From Promethearchaeota archaeon (GTDB lineage: Archaea > Asgardarchaeota > Lokiarchaeia > Sigyniarchaeales > SOKP01), in assembly GCA_019058295.1 (NCBI GenBank), contig JAHPZI010000002.1, positions 92,076 to 156,075 of the forward strand: DNA of 64,000 nt. Direction: 5' to 3'. Both the position numbers and the translations under genes were made by a program. The number at the start of each line of letters is the position of its first letter. The stretch's first letter is position 1. A model generated the notes under the pieces. The model was not told the origin of the DNA, made no database searches, and saw nothing but the letters and a program-made list of their open reading frames with translations. Shown here piece after piece: positions 30,650 to 40,819 of this stretch.

Positions 30650-30810
30650 TTAATTTTACCTCCAAACATTATTGAATTAATTAATTAATTAATTATTGAT
30701 TCTTTAATATTTAAAGGTTGAATTTGCCTTGAAATAATAGTTTAATGATGATTTTAAGACAAATTCTAAATAAAATTTTAATAAAAAAAAATAAATTATA
30801 AAGAGAACTA

Positions 30811-32409
30811 CTAAGGCTGGAATCCTGTTTTTGAAGCGTTACTTGCTTTAATGATTCTGTCAACCCTTAAAACTAACTTTGCTAATTCGCTTCCAGATTT
30901 TAATATATAATTTACCAATGCTGCTGGCTCCACTATACCTTTTTCAAAATTATTTCCGATTGTATTTGTAATGGTGTCAATTCCTATCCATTTATCAGCA
31001 TCAGTTTTATGAGCAGCTCTTAATTCGGTCAATCTTTCAATTTCATCTAATCCAGCATTATTAATTAAGGTTTTAGGGATTTCTTCAAGTGCAAGAGCAT
31101 ATGCTGTGACTGCGATTTGTTCTTTACCACCAATTTTATTAGCGTAATCTTTTATTTTTTTGGCAAGTTCGATATATATTGCTCCACCGCCAGCGACTAC
31201 CATTTGTGTATCAATAATTTTAGCAATTACAGATAAAACATCATTTAAAGTGATTTCAGCAGAATTTAAAATCTTTTCAAGCCCTCCTTTAAGTAAAATC
31301 GACACAGATTTAGGGTTTTTACATCCGGTAAAGAAAGTATATTCATTATCCTCAATTTTTTCAAATTTCACTGTTTCTGCGTAGCCTAAATCATCTTCAG
31401 TTAAAGAAGTCAAATCATCAATTTGTTTTGCTCCAACGGCTTTTAAAACCGCCTTTATATCGCTATCACCTAAATTCTTTATCGCAGCAATGTTTTCCCT
31501 GGCTAAATAGGCGCCAAACTTATCGGAAATGTCTTTATTGTTTACAATCATATTTATTCCCAAGTCTTTAAAGATTTTCAAGTAATCTTGAAGTATTTTT
31601 TCTTCTTGATTCTTGAACCCTTGAATATCCTCAGGTCTAAAGATTTGGATTTGAGCGTCAAACTCTGTTTTTACGACGTCCAATTTCTTTCGAATAACAG
31701 CAATTTTCACATTTTTCAATGCATTGGGCATAGCAGGATTAACTTTTTCCTTTTGAATGTAAACACCGTTAATTAATTCAGAATCCTTAAGAGATTTTCC
31801 GGCAGCTTTAACAATTTTTATATTTCCAACTTTAGCAAATGTATTTTCTTCACCAGCTATTTTCTTAACTGCCTTTAAAGCTAAGTCCGCAAAAAATTCT
31901 TTTAATGGAGCAATATCCTTCGCGTTCATAGCTGTCATAGCAGCATTTTTAAGATTTTTATCGTCATCTTTAGAAATTTTCATGGCTATTTCATTTACTA
32001 ACTCAATTGCTTTATCTGTAGCGATTTTATAGCCAGTTATGATATGTTTAGGATGTATTGATTGTTCAATTAAATCTAAAGCATTTTTTAAAAGAGCTGA
32101 GGTAAAAATTACGGCAGACGTAGTTCCATCTCCAATATCCGTGTCAATTGCTTTAGCTACATTTACCATCATGATTGCAGCAACATTTTCAATATCTAAT
32201 GCTTTAAGAATTTCTGCACCATCGTTTGTAATAGTCGTATCACCTAACGTATCAACGAGCATCTTACTCATTCCTTTTGGTCCTAAAGTTGACTTAATTG
32301 TTTCTGTGATTGCAAGCATAGCATTAATATTTTGTTCTCGAGCTTGTTTTTCTTGAGTTTCTTCTGTACCTTCCTTAAGTATGATTATGGGTACTCCTCC
32401 AAACGACAT
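30811..32409 (-). CDS. Group II chaperonin (thermosome) subunit, divergent paralog
   Basis: STLGPKGMSKML, TITNDGA, GDGTTS, VAGGGA and GIVEP motifs. Confidence 0.93.
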   Translation of the reverse strand: MSFGGVPIIILKEGTEETQEKQAREQNINAMLAITETIKSTLGPKGMSKMLVDTLGDTTITNDGAEILKALDIENVAAIMMVNVAKAIDTDIGDGTTSAVIFTSALLKNALDLIEQSIHPKHIITGYKIATDKAIELVNEIAMKISKDDDKNLKNAAMTAMNAKDIAPLKEFFADLALKAVKKIAGEENTFAKVGNIKIVKAAGKSLKDSELINGVYIQKEKVNPAMPNALKNVKIAVIRKKLDVVKTEFDAQIQIFRPEDIQGFKNQEEKILQDYLKIFKDLGINMIVNNKDISDKFGAYLARENIAAIKNLGDSDIKAVLKAVGAKQIDDLTSLTEDDLGYAETVKFEKIEDNEYTFFTGCKNPKSVSILLKGGLEKILNSAEITLNDVLSVIAKIIDTQMVVAGGGAIYIELAKKIKDYANKIGGKEQIAVTAYALALEEIPKTLINNAGLDEIERLTELRAAHKTDADKWIGIDTITNTIGNNFEKGIVEPAALVNYILKSGSELAKLVLRVDRIIKASNASKTGFQP

Positions 32410-32446
32410 TTGAGATCATATCCTTAATTTTCTTATTTTTCTAATT

Positions 32447-32476
32447 GTTTTCTTAGTTTATATAAACTAAGAAAAC
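32447..32476. promoter_or_regulatory. Perfect 30-bp palindrome centred on a TATA box upstream of the thermosome gene
   Basis: GTTTTCTTAGTTTATATAAACTAAGAAAAC equals its own reverse complement. Confidence 0.7.
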
Positions 32477-32565
32477 TTAAAAAAGTTTATGACTTGGAGA
32501 TCATTAAAAAATAATTATTTAATCAATAAATTAGGAAATAATTTGTAATTTATAATTTGAAAATA

Positions 32566-33021
32566 TTAGATTTCAACATAAGAAGAGTTCTTATATTCTT
32601 TAAGAACCATATTCGAAACCGTACGAGTAACAAAATCTTTTTCGTTTAATTCTCTTACAAAATTATGAACATCTTCAGATTCCCTAAATCTACATATTAG
32701 AGCTGCTGATTGTTCCCCTGTCGTGTGAAAAACCGAGCAAACTTCGGGTTTTTTTCCAATTTCGTTAAGAATTTCTTCAGTATGTTTTCCATCAACATGA
32801 ATCCGAATTAAGAAAGTTAATTTATAACCCAATTTAGTATTATTAAGTTTCAGCGTGTAACCTTCTATTATACTCTTTTCTTTAAGTTTTGAGATTCTAT
32901 TGTGAATGGTGCCTATGGAGATGCCGAGCTGATCCTGAATTTCTCTGTAAGACTTGCGTGCGTCTTCTTGCAATATTCTTAAGATCTCTTTGTCAATACC
33001 GTCAAGTTGTTCTTTTTTCAT
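32566..33021 (-). CDS. Lrp/AsnC family transcriptional regulator
   Basis: LDGIDKEILRILQEDARKSYREI HTH plus RAM domain; likely ATG at 33021. Confidence 0.92.
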   Translation of the reverse strand: MKKEQLDGIDKEILRILQEDARKSYREIQDQLGISIGTIHNRISKLKEKSIIEGYTLKLNNTKLGYKLTFLIRIHVDGKHTEEILNEIGKKPEVCSVFHTTGEQSAALICRFRESEDVHNFVRELNEKDFVTRTVSNMVLKEYKNSSYVEI

Positions 33022-33241
33022 TAGAATCAAATATAATTTATTTTGAAAAATATTTAAATTTTTTTCACAATACAACCAATTTGTTTATTTAATTTAACAC
33101 TATGAAATTTCAATATTTAAAGAATATATCTATATTTCATTAAAAAAGCGTTATAATAAGGAATCTAAATAATTTTTAATTTAAAATTGGAAAATCTGAT
33201 TTTTTTAAATAAATTCAAGTTTTAACAAAAAAATTATTTTT

Positions 33242-33658
33242 TTATTGCTTTTTATAAACTTCTTCAGGATTAAACACTTTTTTTCCAATTATTTTGATCT
33301 TTCCATCCACAAATTCGTTGTAGAAACATGTATCATAGCCTTTATGACAAGCAGCCCCAATTTGTTTTACTTTAAATAATAAAGAATCTGAGTCGCAATC
33401 TGATATGATCTGCTGAATTTCCTGAACGTGTCCACTGGTTTCTCCTTTTTTCCATAATTCACTACGAGATCTCGAATAATAATGAGCGTATCCTGTCTCC
33501 AAAGATTTTCTTACTGCGTCTTCGTTTGCGAAAGCTAACATTAAAATCTCATTTGTTTGACTGTCTTGTGTTATTATTGGTACTAAACGACCTTCGATTT
33601 TAGAAAAGTCTAAAATCTCAATGAACTTATCTATTTCTTCTTTGGAAAATTGCTTCAT
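33242..33658 (-). CDS. hisI: Phosphoribosyl-AMP cyclohydrolase
   Basis: YYSRSR.ELWKKGETSGH, DCDSD and ACHKGYDTCF motifs. Confidence 0.95.
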   Translation of the reverse strand: MKQFSKEEIDKFIEILDFSKIEGRLVPIITQDSQTNEILMLAFANEDAVRKSLETGYAHYYSRSRSELWKKGETSGHVQEIQQIISDCDSDSLLFKVKQIGAACHKGYDTCFYNEFVDGKIKIIGKKVFNPEEVYKKQ

Positions 33659-33731
33659 AAATATTAAATTACTCAATTACCAAAAAATTTTTCTATTTTA
33701 AATAATTAAATGGATAAAAATACTCTATAGA

Positions 33732-34856
33732 TTGAAAAAGATGAATGATAAACAACCTAATATTGATCCTTGGGGATCTGAATTAGTAGGGGAAAAGGAT
33801 TATCAAAGAATAATAGATGAATTTGGTATCGAACTAGTGGAGGATCTTGATATTCCTGCAAGTTTTTTCGAGGATAATCTATTTTTTCGGCGAAAATTGA
33901 TAATTGGACATAGAGGATTTGAAACTATTCTCAAAGCTATTAGAATGCAAAAGCCATGGGCAATAATGAGTGGTATAAAACCATCAGGAAAATTTCATCT
34001 TGGAACATTAATGACAGCTAAAGAAATGGTGGAATTACAAAACCAAGGAGGATTTGTTTATTATTCTATTGCGGATATTGAAAGTTATGTTGATCATGGT
34101 ATGACATATGAAACTGCTTTAGAAATTGCTCAAGATAATATAGCAGATATAATTGCTTTAGGATTAGATGTTAATAGAGCATACATTTGGCTTCAAAGTA
34201 AAGAAAATTTAGTTAAAGAAATGGTCTTTGAGGCTGGTCGTTATGTTACCCTAGCTATGATGAAAGCTATTTATGGAGAAAGGAGATTTGGGCTTTATAA
34301 TTGCGCGCTTGTGCAAGTCGGAGATATTTTATTACCTCAATTAAAGGAAGAAGTAATGCCAACTGTAGTTCCAGTAGGTTTGGATCAAGATCCTCATTTA
34401 CGTCTAGTGAGAGATCTTTCAAAGTATTTTAAGAAAGATGGAGTAGATTTAATAAAACCAGCATCTACTTATCATAAATTGTTACCTTCATTAACCGATA
34501 TAACTAAAAAAATGTCTAAAAGTATTTCTGGTAGCTCTTTTTACTTCGATCAGCCTGAAGAAGAGATTTCTAAAATAATCTTACAAACATATACTGGTGG
34601 TCGTCGTAATAAAAAAGAACAACAAGAACTTGGAGGAGAACCAGATAAATGTATGATCTACCAAATTCTCAAAATATATTTTGAACCTGATGATGCAAAA
34701 TTAGGAGAAGTGTTCCAAAAATGTATTAACGGTGAGCTCATGTGTGGAGATCATAAAAGAGAATGTGCTGAAAAAGTGTTAGATTATGTTAAAAACCATA
34801 TTAAGAAGAAAGAGCGAGCAATTGATATAGCCCGACAACTTTTAAATTCTGATTGA
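33732..34856 (+). CDS. trpS: Tryptophan--tRNA ligase (archaeal type)
   Basis: IDPWG, PSGKFHLG, VPVGLDQDPH, KMSKS and TGGR motifs; ATG alternative at 33741. Confidence 0.93.
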   Translation: MKKMNDKQPNIDPWGSELVGEKDYQRIIDEFGIELVEDLDIPASFFEDNLFFRRKLIIGHRGFETILKAIRMQKPWAIMSGIKPSGKFHLGTLMTAKEMVELQNQGGFVYYSIADIESYVDHGMTYETALEIAQDNIADIIALGLDVNRAYIWLQSKENLVKEMVFEAGRYVTLAMMKAIYGERRFGLYNCALVQVGDILLPQLKEEVMPTVVPVGLDQDPHLRLVRDLSKYFKKDGVDLIKPASTYHKLLPSLTDITKKMSKSISGSSFYFDQPEEEISKIILQTYTGGRRNKKEQQELGGEPDKCMIYQILKIYFEPDDAKLGEVFQKCINGELMCGDHKRECAEKVLDYVKNHIKKKERAIDIARQLLNSD

Positions 34857-34878
34857 TGATAGTTTAGTTATCATCAAT
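34852..34878. terminator. Hairpin between convergent trpS and GTPase genes
   Basis: ATTGATGATA-GTTTAGT-TATCATCAAT, 10-bp arms. Confidence 0.45.
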
Positions 34879-34888
34879 AACAACTATA

Positions 34889-35827
34889 TTAATCAAATAA
34901 TGATTTAAGAATATTTAATATATCATCAATCAAATCGGGAAATTTCTCCAGGAGTTTCTCTTTTTTCCCCTCTTCTATAATAGCTGAAATGTAATAATTA
35001 TATTTATTAAATTTTATTCTATGCAAATATGAAAGAAAGTTATCCTCGATAGAAATGAAATTTTGACCAACATCCTCAGCAGAAATGTTATTTTCCTCTT
35101 CTAACATTCTTTTCAGTAAGAATAAATGGTCCTTAATATTTTCTAAGAGGCTTATATAATAACTTGGATCTAACTCGCTATAAAATTCACTAATTATAAT
35201 TCCATTTTCATCAAAAATTATGAGCGAAGTCGCGCCTAACTCCTCTAAATAATCTTCTAAAAGGGTTGACAATTCAAAAAATGCTTCATCAAAAACAGAA
35301 AGACCGTAAGAAACCAATTGAACTATTGATAATATATCATAAATTGAAGTCTGTTGGAACAGTATTTTAAAATTAGGGTATTTTTTTGAAATACTTTCTT
35401 TTAAATCGTTAATATTGTTAATTACGTCGTCATTACCTCTTATTTGCGGATCAAACTTATGAAAGCTTATAATAAGAGGTACATTTTCCATATCATTATC
35501 TTGAAAATATTTTAGGATTATTTCAAGATATTCCAAAGATAAGTCAAATCTATCTATATCTTGAACATCAATTATGAAAACAATTAAATCGGTGCCTGCA
35601 AAATAAGTATCTCTATTTTTTTCGTAGAGTTCTCTGTATTGCTTCTGCCCTCCCATATCCCAGTAATAGACACGGTTGCCCAGGAAGGTTGAAGTATTAT
35701 ATTCGACTCTAACTGTAGGTTTTAAATCCATTATTTCTTTTTGGAAATCAAATTTTTTATCTAGAGCGGTCAAAATTGAAGTTTTACCTGCATTATCTAA
35801 TCCTGAAATCAAAATTTTTATATCCAC
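34889..35827 (-). CDS. Arf/Rag-like small GTPase with C-terminal roadblock/longin-like domain
   Basis: GLDNAGKTS, PTV, WDMGGQ, HKFD and TSI motifs; C-terminal SLIIFDENGIIISEF extension. Confidence 0.88.
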   Translation of the reverse strand: MDIKILISGLDNAGKTSILTALDKKFDFQKEIMDLKPTVRVEYNTSTFLGNRVYYWDMGGQKQYRELYEKNRDTYFAGTDLIVFIIDVQDIDRFDLSLEYLEIILKYFQDNDMENVPLIISFHKFDPQIRGNDDVINNINDLKESISKKYPNFKILFQQTSIYDILSIVQLVSYGLSVFDEAFFELSTLLEDYLEELGATSLIIFDENGIIISEFYSELDPSYYISLLENIKDHLFLLKRMLEEENNISAEDVGQNFISIEDNFLSYLHRIKFNKYNYYISAIIEEGKKEKLLEKFPDLIDDILNILKSLFD

Positions 35828-36024
35828 TTGAAATCACTACTTTTTTAACTTAATATAATTATTAATTAAGTTTTCTTAATTTAATATTTTGCAAAAAAAA
35901 ATCTCATTTTAGTAGGTAGTTTTTATCCTAGTAAGCTCTGATGTTATTTCTGTAATATAAACATCATATTCGTATTTTTTACCGATCTTTTTCAATTTTT
36001 AATAAAACAAATTTGAGGATTAAA

Positions 36025-36273
36025 ATGATTGAGATCGAAAATGAATTAAAAGAAGAAAATAATTATTTGGAAAATTTAAATCACCAAATTACGCAAAAAT
36101 ATCGGTTTTATAGAAAAATTCCGGAATACCACAAAAAATTGGATGATATGGATTTTAAATTACAGCTAAAAGAATCAATATTTAAAATAAGAAAAAAATT
36201 TGAAACGGCTCAAATACGAAGAAATTATGCTACTGTAGTCAGCGAATTCGAAGATTTAATAGAAAAAAAATGA
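36025..36273 (+). CDS. Hypothetical small coiled-coil protein
   Basis: ORF fills the gap; charged helical composition. Confidence 0.55.
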   Translation: MIEIENELKEENNYLENLNHQITQKYRFYRKIPEYHKKLDDMDFKLQLKESIFKIRKKFETAQIRRNYATVVSEFEDLIEKK

Positions 36274-36319
36274 AACTAATTAAAAATAATTCTTTCTTTT
36301 CTCTCTTAAATTTTTTACG

Positions 36320-36742
36320 CTATTCTCCAATGATTTGAATGTAAATAGTTCTGGATCGTGGTTTTTCATCTAGCTCCAAAAAAATTATTTGTTGCCAAGT
36401 TCCAAGAATCACTCTTCCATTTTGAAATGGAAATGTCTGGGACGTTTTAATGAGAAAGCTCCTTACGTGCCCTGCTCCATTGTGATCATGCCAAGTTTTA
36501 TGATGCGCATAATTTTTATTATAAGGCAGAATTTTTTCAAGAAAATCTTCTATATCGTGCTTAACCAATCCAGGTTCGTATTCTGTGGTTGAGATTGCTC
36601 CAGTACTACCTGCAACTGATACATTCACTATACCATTCTTAATACTGCTTTCCTTTACAGCTTTTTGGACTTGCTGAGTAATATCAACAATATCACAATA
36701 TGGTTCTGTCCTTAATTGAAACGATTTCAATACAACTGTCAT
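36320..36742 (-). CDS. yjbQ: YjbQ/UPF0047 family protein
   Basis: DITQQV, EYEPGL, HDHNGAGH and LGTWQQIIFLELD motifs. Confidence 0.92.
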   Translation of the reverse strand: MTVVLKSFQLRTEPYCDIVDITQQVQKAVKESSIKNGIVNVSVAGSTGAISTTEYEPGLVKHDIEDFLEKILPYNKNYAHHKTWHDHNGAGHVRSFLIKTSQTFPFQNGRVILGTWQQIIFLELDEKPRSRTIYIQIIGE

Positions 36743-36878
36743 TTGCTTATAATTCTTATATTTATTTTATTAAGTTTTTTAAAAACAGAATTCGTTAAAA
36801 ATTAATCTAGAAAATTAAATCTAATAAAATATTTAATACAATTATAATAAATTTGTGAAATTATATTAGAAAACGAAG

Positions 36879-37301
36879 ATGAGCGAGAGATTAAAAGAGC
36901 TTTTGAAGAAGATCCACAACCCGAAGAACAAAATTCCAGAATATTTAACTATTGTAGTTCGTCCTGGAAAAAAAATCATGGATATTAAAATTAAAAAGGA
37001 AGAATCGAACATTTTAAAGATCATTGCCCACCAAGAAGACAGAAAGGGTTGGTTCCTTCATTCCTATCATATACCGATAGGAAATTTAGGGCTTCAAGAT
37101 GACGCTAAAAATAAAGAAATTCTACCCTATCTCAACGATCCTCGCATGATTACGAGTGATAAAGCTACAAAAGACTTGCTTGAAGAAATTTTAAGAAAAT
37201 TTATTGAAGTTCTCTCAGAAAGAAAAACTCATTTTTTTAGAACTGAAAGGTATAAAAAGAAAAAAGAGATGAGAGTCGGAACTCAATTAAAAGGTTTTTA
37301 A
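36879..37301 (+). CDS. Hypothetical protein
   Basis: 140-aa ATG-started ORF; no motif recognised. Confidence 0.7.
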   Translation: MSERLKELLKKIHNPKNKIPEYLTIVVRPGKKIMDIKIKKEESNILKIIAHQEDRKGWFLHSYHIPIGNLGLQDDAKNKEILPYLNDPRMITSDKATKDLLEEILRKFIEVLSERKTHFFRTERYKKKKEMRVGTQLKGF

Positions 37302-37353
37302 TTATATTTTTTTTAGAATTAAAAAATATTTTTTAGTTCAAAATTAAAATAAT

Positions 37354-38220
37354 CTAAGATTTTAATGGCATTCCATCAAGATTTATAAATTCTTCTTTTT
37401 CAGGCTTTTTTTCTTGATATGGATTTTCAATGTTTTCGACTTTTCTTCCGAACGTCAAATACCCAGAGTGTCCGATCATTCTACCTTCTGGCCGAGTTGC
37501 GCTTTCTTTGACTTGAATTCTTCTTTTTAACAACTCATAGCTATTAATCTCAAAAAAATCATTATCACTCATAGCAAATGTAGTTTTTTTAACTTGTTCA
37601 ATTGTAGGCGAAAATGATACTAAAATTCCACTTAATTTTAGGTAATCTTTTACTTTTTCCACCGCTTTCCATGGTTGAGCCATATCTAAAACAACAGCAT
37701 CAACATTTTTATGATTGAAATCATCTAGAATTATATCCCCATATTGAATTGAAACAATCTTGTTCAGATTCGCTTTCTCTATATTTCTTTTCGCCCTTTT
37801 CAAGGATTTCTCTTTTATATCATAGGAATAAATATGACCATCTGGTCGCACATAATTGCCTAAAATGCAGCTTAAAGCTCCAGAACCACACCCCGCCTCA
37901 ATAACTTCACTCCCCGGGCCAATTCCAGAGTAAATTAAAATCAATCCTGCATCTTCTGGATATATTATCTGAGTTTTTCGACTCATATGAAGAATATAAT
38001 CAGAAGGTAAAGGTTTAAGGATAAAAAATTTGTATCCTTGACTTTCATGTGGTTTTGAAAATATACATGATCCAAATGGTTTACCGATTAAATCATCAAA
38101 TTCAATGATTCCTCGATGCGTATGAAATGAATCTCCTGCTTTTACTTCTACTAACCATCTTCTTCTCTCATCAAGAATTAGAAAGATTAAATCGTTTTCT
38201 TTTATAATTCCAGCATCCAT
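37354..38220 (-). CDS. trmI: tRNA (adenine57/58-N1)-methyltransferase
   Basis: TQIIYPED, EAGCGSGALS, LDMAQPW, FSPTIEQV and RPEGRMIGHSGYL motifs. Confidence 0.94.
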   Translation of the reverse strand: MDAGIIKENDLIFLILDERRRWLVEVKAGDSFHTHRGIIEFDDLIGKPFGSCIFSKPHESQGYKFFILKPLPSDYILHMSRKTQIIYPEDAGLILIYSGIGPGSEVIEAGCGSGALSCILGNYVRPDGHIYSYDIKEKSLKRAKRNIEKANLNKIVSIQYGDIILDDFNHKNVDAVVLDMAQPWKAVEKVKDYLKLSGILVSFSPTIEQVKKTTFAMSDNDFFEINSYELLKRRIQVKESATRPEGRMIGHSGYLTFGRKVENIENPYQEKKPEKEEFINLDGMPLKS

Positions 38221-38302
38221 TTTGTTTATAACTCTACTATACTTTAAAATCTCAAATTTTAAATAATTCTTTTTTAGTTTAAAATCTTAAATTTTTTAAT
38301 AA

Positions 38303-38321
38303 AAGTTGTATATTACAACTT
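38303..38321. promoter_or_regulatory. Inverted repeat AAGTTGTA-TAT-TACAACTT in the divergent trmI/coiled-coil intergenic region
   Basis: 8-bp arms with a 3-nt spacer. Confidence 0.4.
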
Positions 38322-38361
38322 ATAAAATCTTGTTTATAAATACTCTTTAATGAACTAATCA

Positions 38362-39279
38362 ATGAGTAAAGAGAAAAGCTCTCGGATTCCTTACCTTTCT
38401 TTTAAAGAACTTCAAATTAAAATAGAAGATTTCAAAAATAAAAGAGATAACTTAAATCAAAAAACAAAAGATTATATTAATCGCATACAAGAAATTGAAT
38501 CTGAAATTATGGATTTGTTAAAAAGTGCTAGAGATGATTATAAACCAAAGCGAGATCATTGGAATAAAAAAGTAAAGCAATTAAAAAATAAAAAAATTGA
38601 ATATAAAAATCTTTTAGATAATCTCATTAAAGAGAAGAAAAATCATCAAAAAAAGTCAGGAGTTGGTAAAATTCCAAAACAATTTACGTCTATTAAGCAG
38701 CTAGAGCATAAGATCGATAATTTAGAGAGATTAATTGAAACTGAAAACCTAGAAATTAATGAAGAAAATGAAATTGTTGATAAAATCAGAGATTTAGAAA
38801 GAAAAAAACAAGAATTTATAATGGCAAAACAAAATACTGGCATTTATAAGATTGAGCGTAAGATTGAAATCGTTAAAATTAATCTAAATAAAATTTACGA
38901 ACAACTGAATAAATGGTCTCGAAAATCTCAAAAATATCATCTAAAAATGCTTGAACTATATGAGAAAGCCAATGAATTAAAAGAAAATAAGAAAAAAATT
39001 GAAGAAGAATTAATTAAAAATAAAAAAGCAGCGGATCGCTTTCATAATCAATATATAGAAGTTGTAAACCAAAAGAAGAAAAGAAATAAAAGTAGAAGCC
39101 CTTATAAACCAAGAAAAAAACCCAAGACTGTACATAAATCAAAAATCAGCAATGAAAATCAGCAAAAGCTTGAAAAAATAAAAGAAGCTAAATTAGCCAC
39201 CGCATTAGAAAAGCAAAAAGCAGGAAAAAAGTTAAATTTATTTGAAGCAAGACTAATTTTAGAACAATTAGATAAATAA
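38362..39279 (+). CDS. Archaeal long coiled-coil protein (COG1340-like)
   Basis: KRDNLN, RDHWN, IETENLEINEENEIVDKI and C-terminal AGKKLNLFE segments; heptad-rich. Confidence 0.75.
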   Translation: MSKEKSSRIPYLSFKELQIKIEDFKNKRDNLNQKTKDYINRIQEIESEIMDLLKSARDDYKPKRDHWNKKVKQLKNKKIEYKNLLDNLIKEKKNHQKKSGVGKIPKQFTSIKQLEHKIDNLERLIETENLEINEENEIVDKIRDLERKKQEFIMAKQNTGIYKIERKIEIVKINLNKIYEQLNKWSRKSQKYHLKMLELYEKANELKENKKKIEEELIKNKKAADRFHNQYIEVVNQKKKRNKSRSPYKPRKKPKTVHKSKISNENQQKLEKIKEAKLATALEKQKAGKKLNLFEARLILEQLDK

Positions 39280-39393
39280 TTTTTATCAATTGTATTTTAA
39301 ATTATAGAGATTAATTGTTGGTTTTAATAAAATTTTAATTTTAGACTATATTTAGTTATTCATCACTTTTCTTAAAATTAGATTTGATTAAAA

Positions 39394-40722
39394 TTGAGTA
39401 AGAAATTAGCAGAAATTCGATCAATATTAGAAGAACATCATGAAATGATTAAAAACGCAATCCCTCTTATTGCTTCGGAAAATGTTACAAGTCCAGCTGT
39501 TAATGAAGCAATCGTTTGTGATTTTTCGCATCGTTATGCAGAGGGGTGGCCTGGTCAAAGAGTCTATGCAGGGTGCGAATTTATTGATAAAATTGAAATA
39601 ATGTGTCAAGATTTGATGAAAGAATATTTTAAATGTAAATTTGCTGATGTGCGACCTGTTTCAGGAGTTATGGCGAATTTGGTATTATATAATGCTTTTA
39701 CTTCAAGAAATAATGGAAAAATGTGTGCAATGCCTATACCTAAAGGTGGTCATATCAGCCATGCACCTTATCAGGCCTCATCTGGGCGTTTTATATATGG
39801 AACCGCTGGAACTGTTCGAGGTTTAGATGTAAAATACTTAACTTTTGACGAGGAAAACATGAATATAGATCCTGATGGTTCAATAAAAGTTATAAAAGAA
39901 TTTAAACCAGAAATGATATTATTTGGGGCATCAGTTTTTCTATTTCCACATCCCGTAAAAGAATTAAGAGATGTCGCCAATGAAGTCGGAGCCTCGATTG
40001 GATATGATGGCGCTCATGTAGCTGGTTTAATAGGTTCTGGATATTTTCAAGATCCATTACGCGAGGGTGCTGATGCTGTAGCGTTATCATGCCATAAAAC
40101 CCTTCCAGGACCACAGACAGGGGCAGTCATTTCTGATAGAGTGGATTTAGTAGACGATTTAAAAAATGCTGCATTTCCAGCTCTATTTTCAAATCATCAT
40201 CTGCATAATGTAGCAGGATTAGCTGTAGCTCTGACTGAAATGCTTGAATTCGGGAAGGAGTACCATAAAAAGGTAATAGATAACGCAAAAGCATTTGCTC
40301 AAGCACTTAATGAGCAAGGGTTTAATGTTCTATGTGAACATCTCGGATTCACCGAATCACACCAAGTTGTTGTTGATATTGTGGAATTTAAGGATAAAGT
40401 TGGATTAGGTGGAGATATAGAAAGAATTCTGGAAAAAGCGAATATTATTATAAATCGTAATCTATTACCTTGGGATATTAGAGAAGGAAGACATTACATG
40501 AATCCTGGTGGTTTGCGATTAGGAACTTCTGAAGTCACCCGATTGGGGATGGGTAAAAGTGAAATGGTAGACATTGCTGAGTTCTTTAAGAAATTAATAG
40601 TTGATAAGAAAGACCCTAAAAAAATAAGGAATGAAATTGCCGAATTTCGTAAAGATTATCAAGAAGTAAAATATTGTTTTCAAAGTTCCAACAATGCTTA
40701 CGAGTATCTCAAATTCTATTAA
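39394..40722 (+). CDS. glyA: Serine hydroxymethyltransferase (archaeal type)
   Basis: LIASEN, RYAEG, GGHISH, YDGAHVAGL, HKTLPGP and GLRLGT motifs. Confidence 0.96.
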   Translation: MSKKLAEIRSILEEHHEMIKNAIPLIASENVTSPAVNEAIVCDFSHRYAEGWPGQRVYAGCEFIDKIEIMCQDLMKEYFKCKFADVRPVSGVMANLVLYNAFTSRNNGKMCAMPIPKGGHISHAPYQASSGRFIYGTAGTVRGLDVKYLTFDEENMNIDPDGSIKVIKEFKPEMILFGASVFLFPHPVKELRDVANEVGASIGYDGAHVAGLIGSGYFQDPLREGADAVALSCHKTLPGPQTGAVISDRVDLVDDLKNAAFPALFSNHHLHNVAGLAVALTEMLEFGKEYHKKVIDNAKAFAQALNEQGFNVLCEHLGFTESHQVVVDIVEFKDKVGLGGDIERILEKANIIINRNLLPWDIREGRHYMNPGGLRLGTSEVTRLGMGKSEMVDIAEFFKKLIVDKKDPKKIRNEIAEFRKDYQEVKYCFQSSNNAYEYLKFY

Positions 40723-40819
40723 TTATTTAAACTCGTTTTTTCACCTAACAACAGTAAAATTTATCTTATATTAGATATTTTTATCTATATTCTACTTATT
40801 ATATTTTAAAACGCTTATT

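Noticed and set aside
30675-30694. (AATT)5 self-complementary microsatellite upstream of the ThDP enzyme gene
   Set aside because: A simple AT repeat expected in this composition; no evidence of function.
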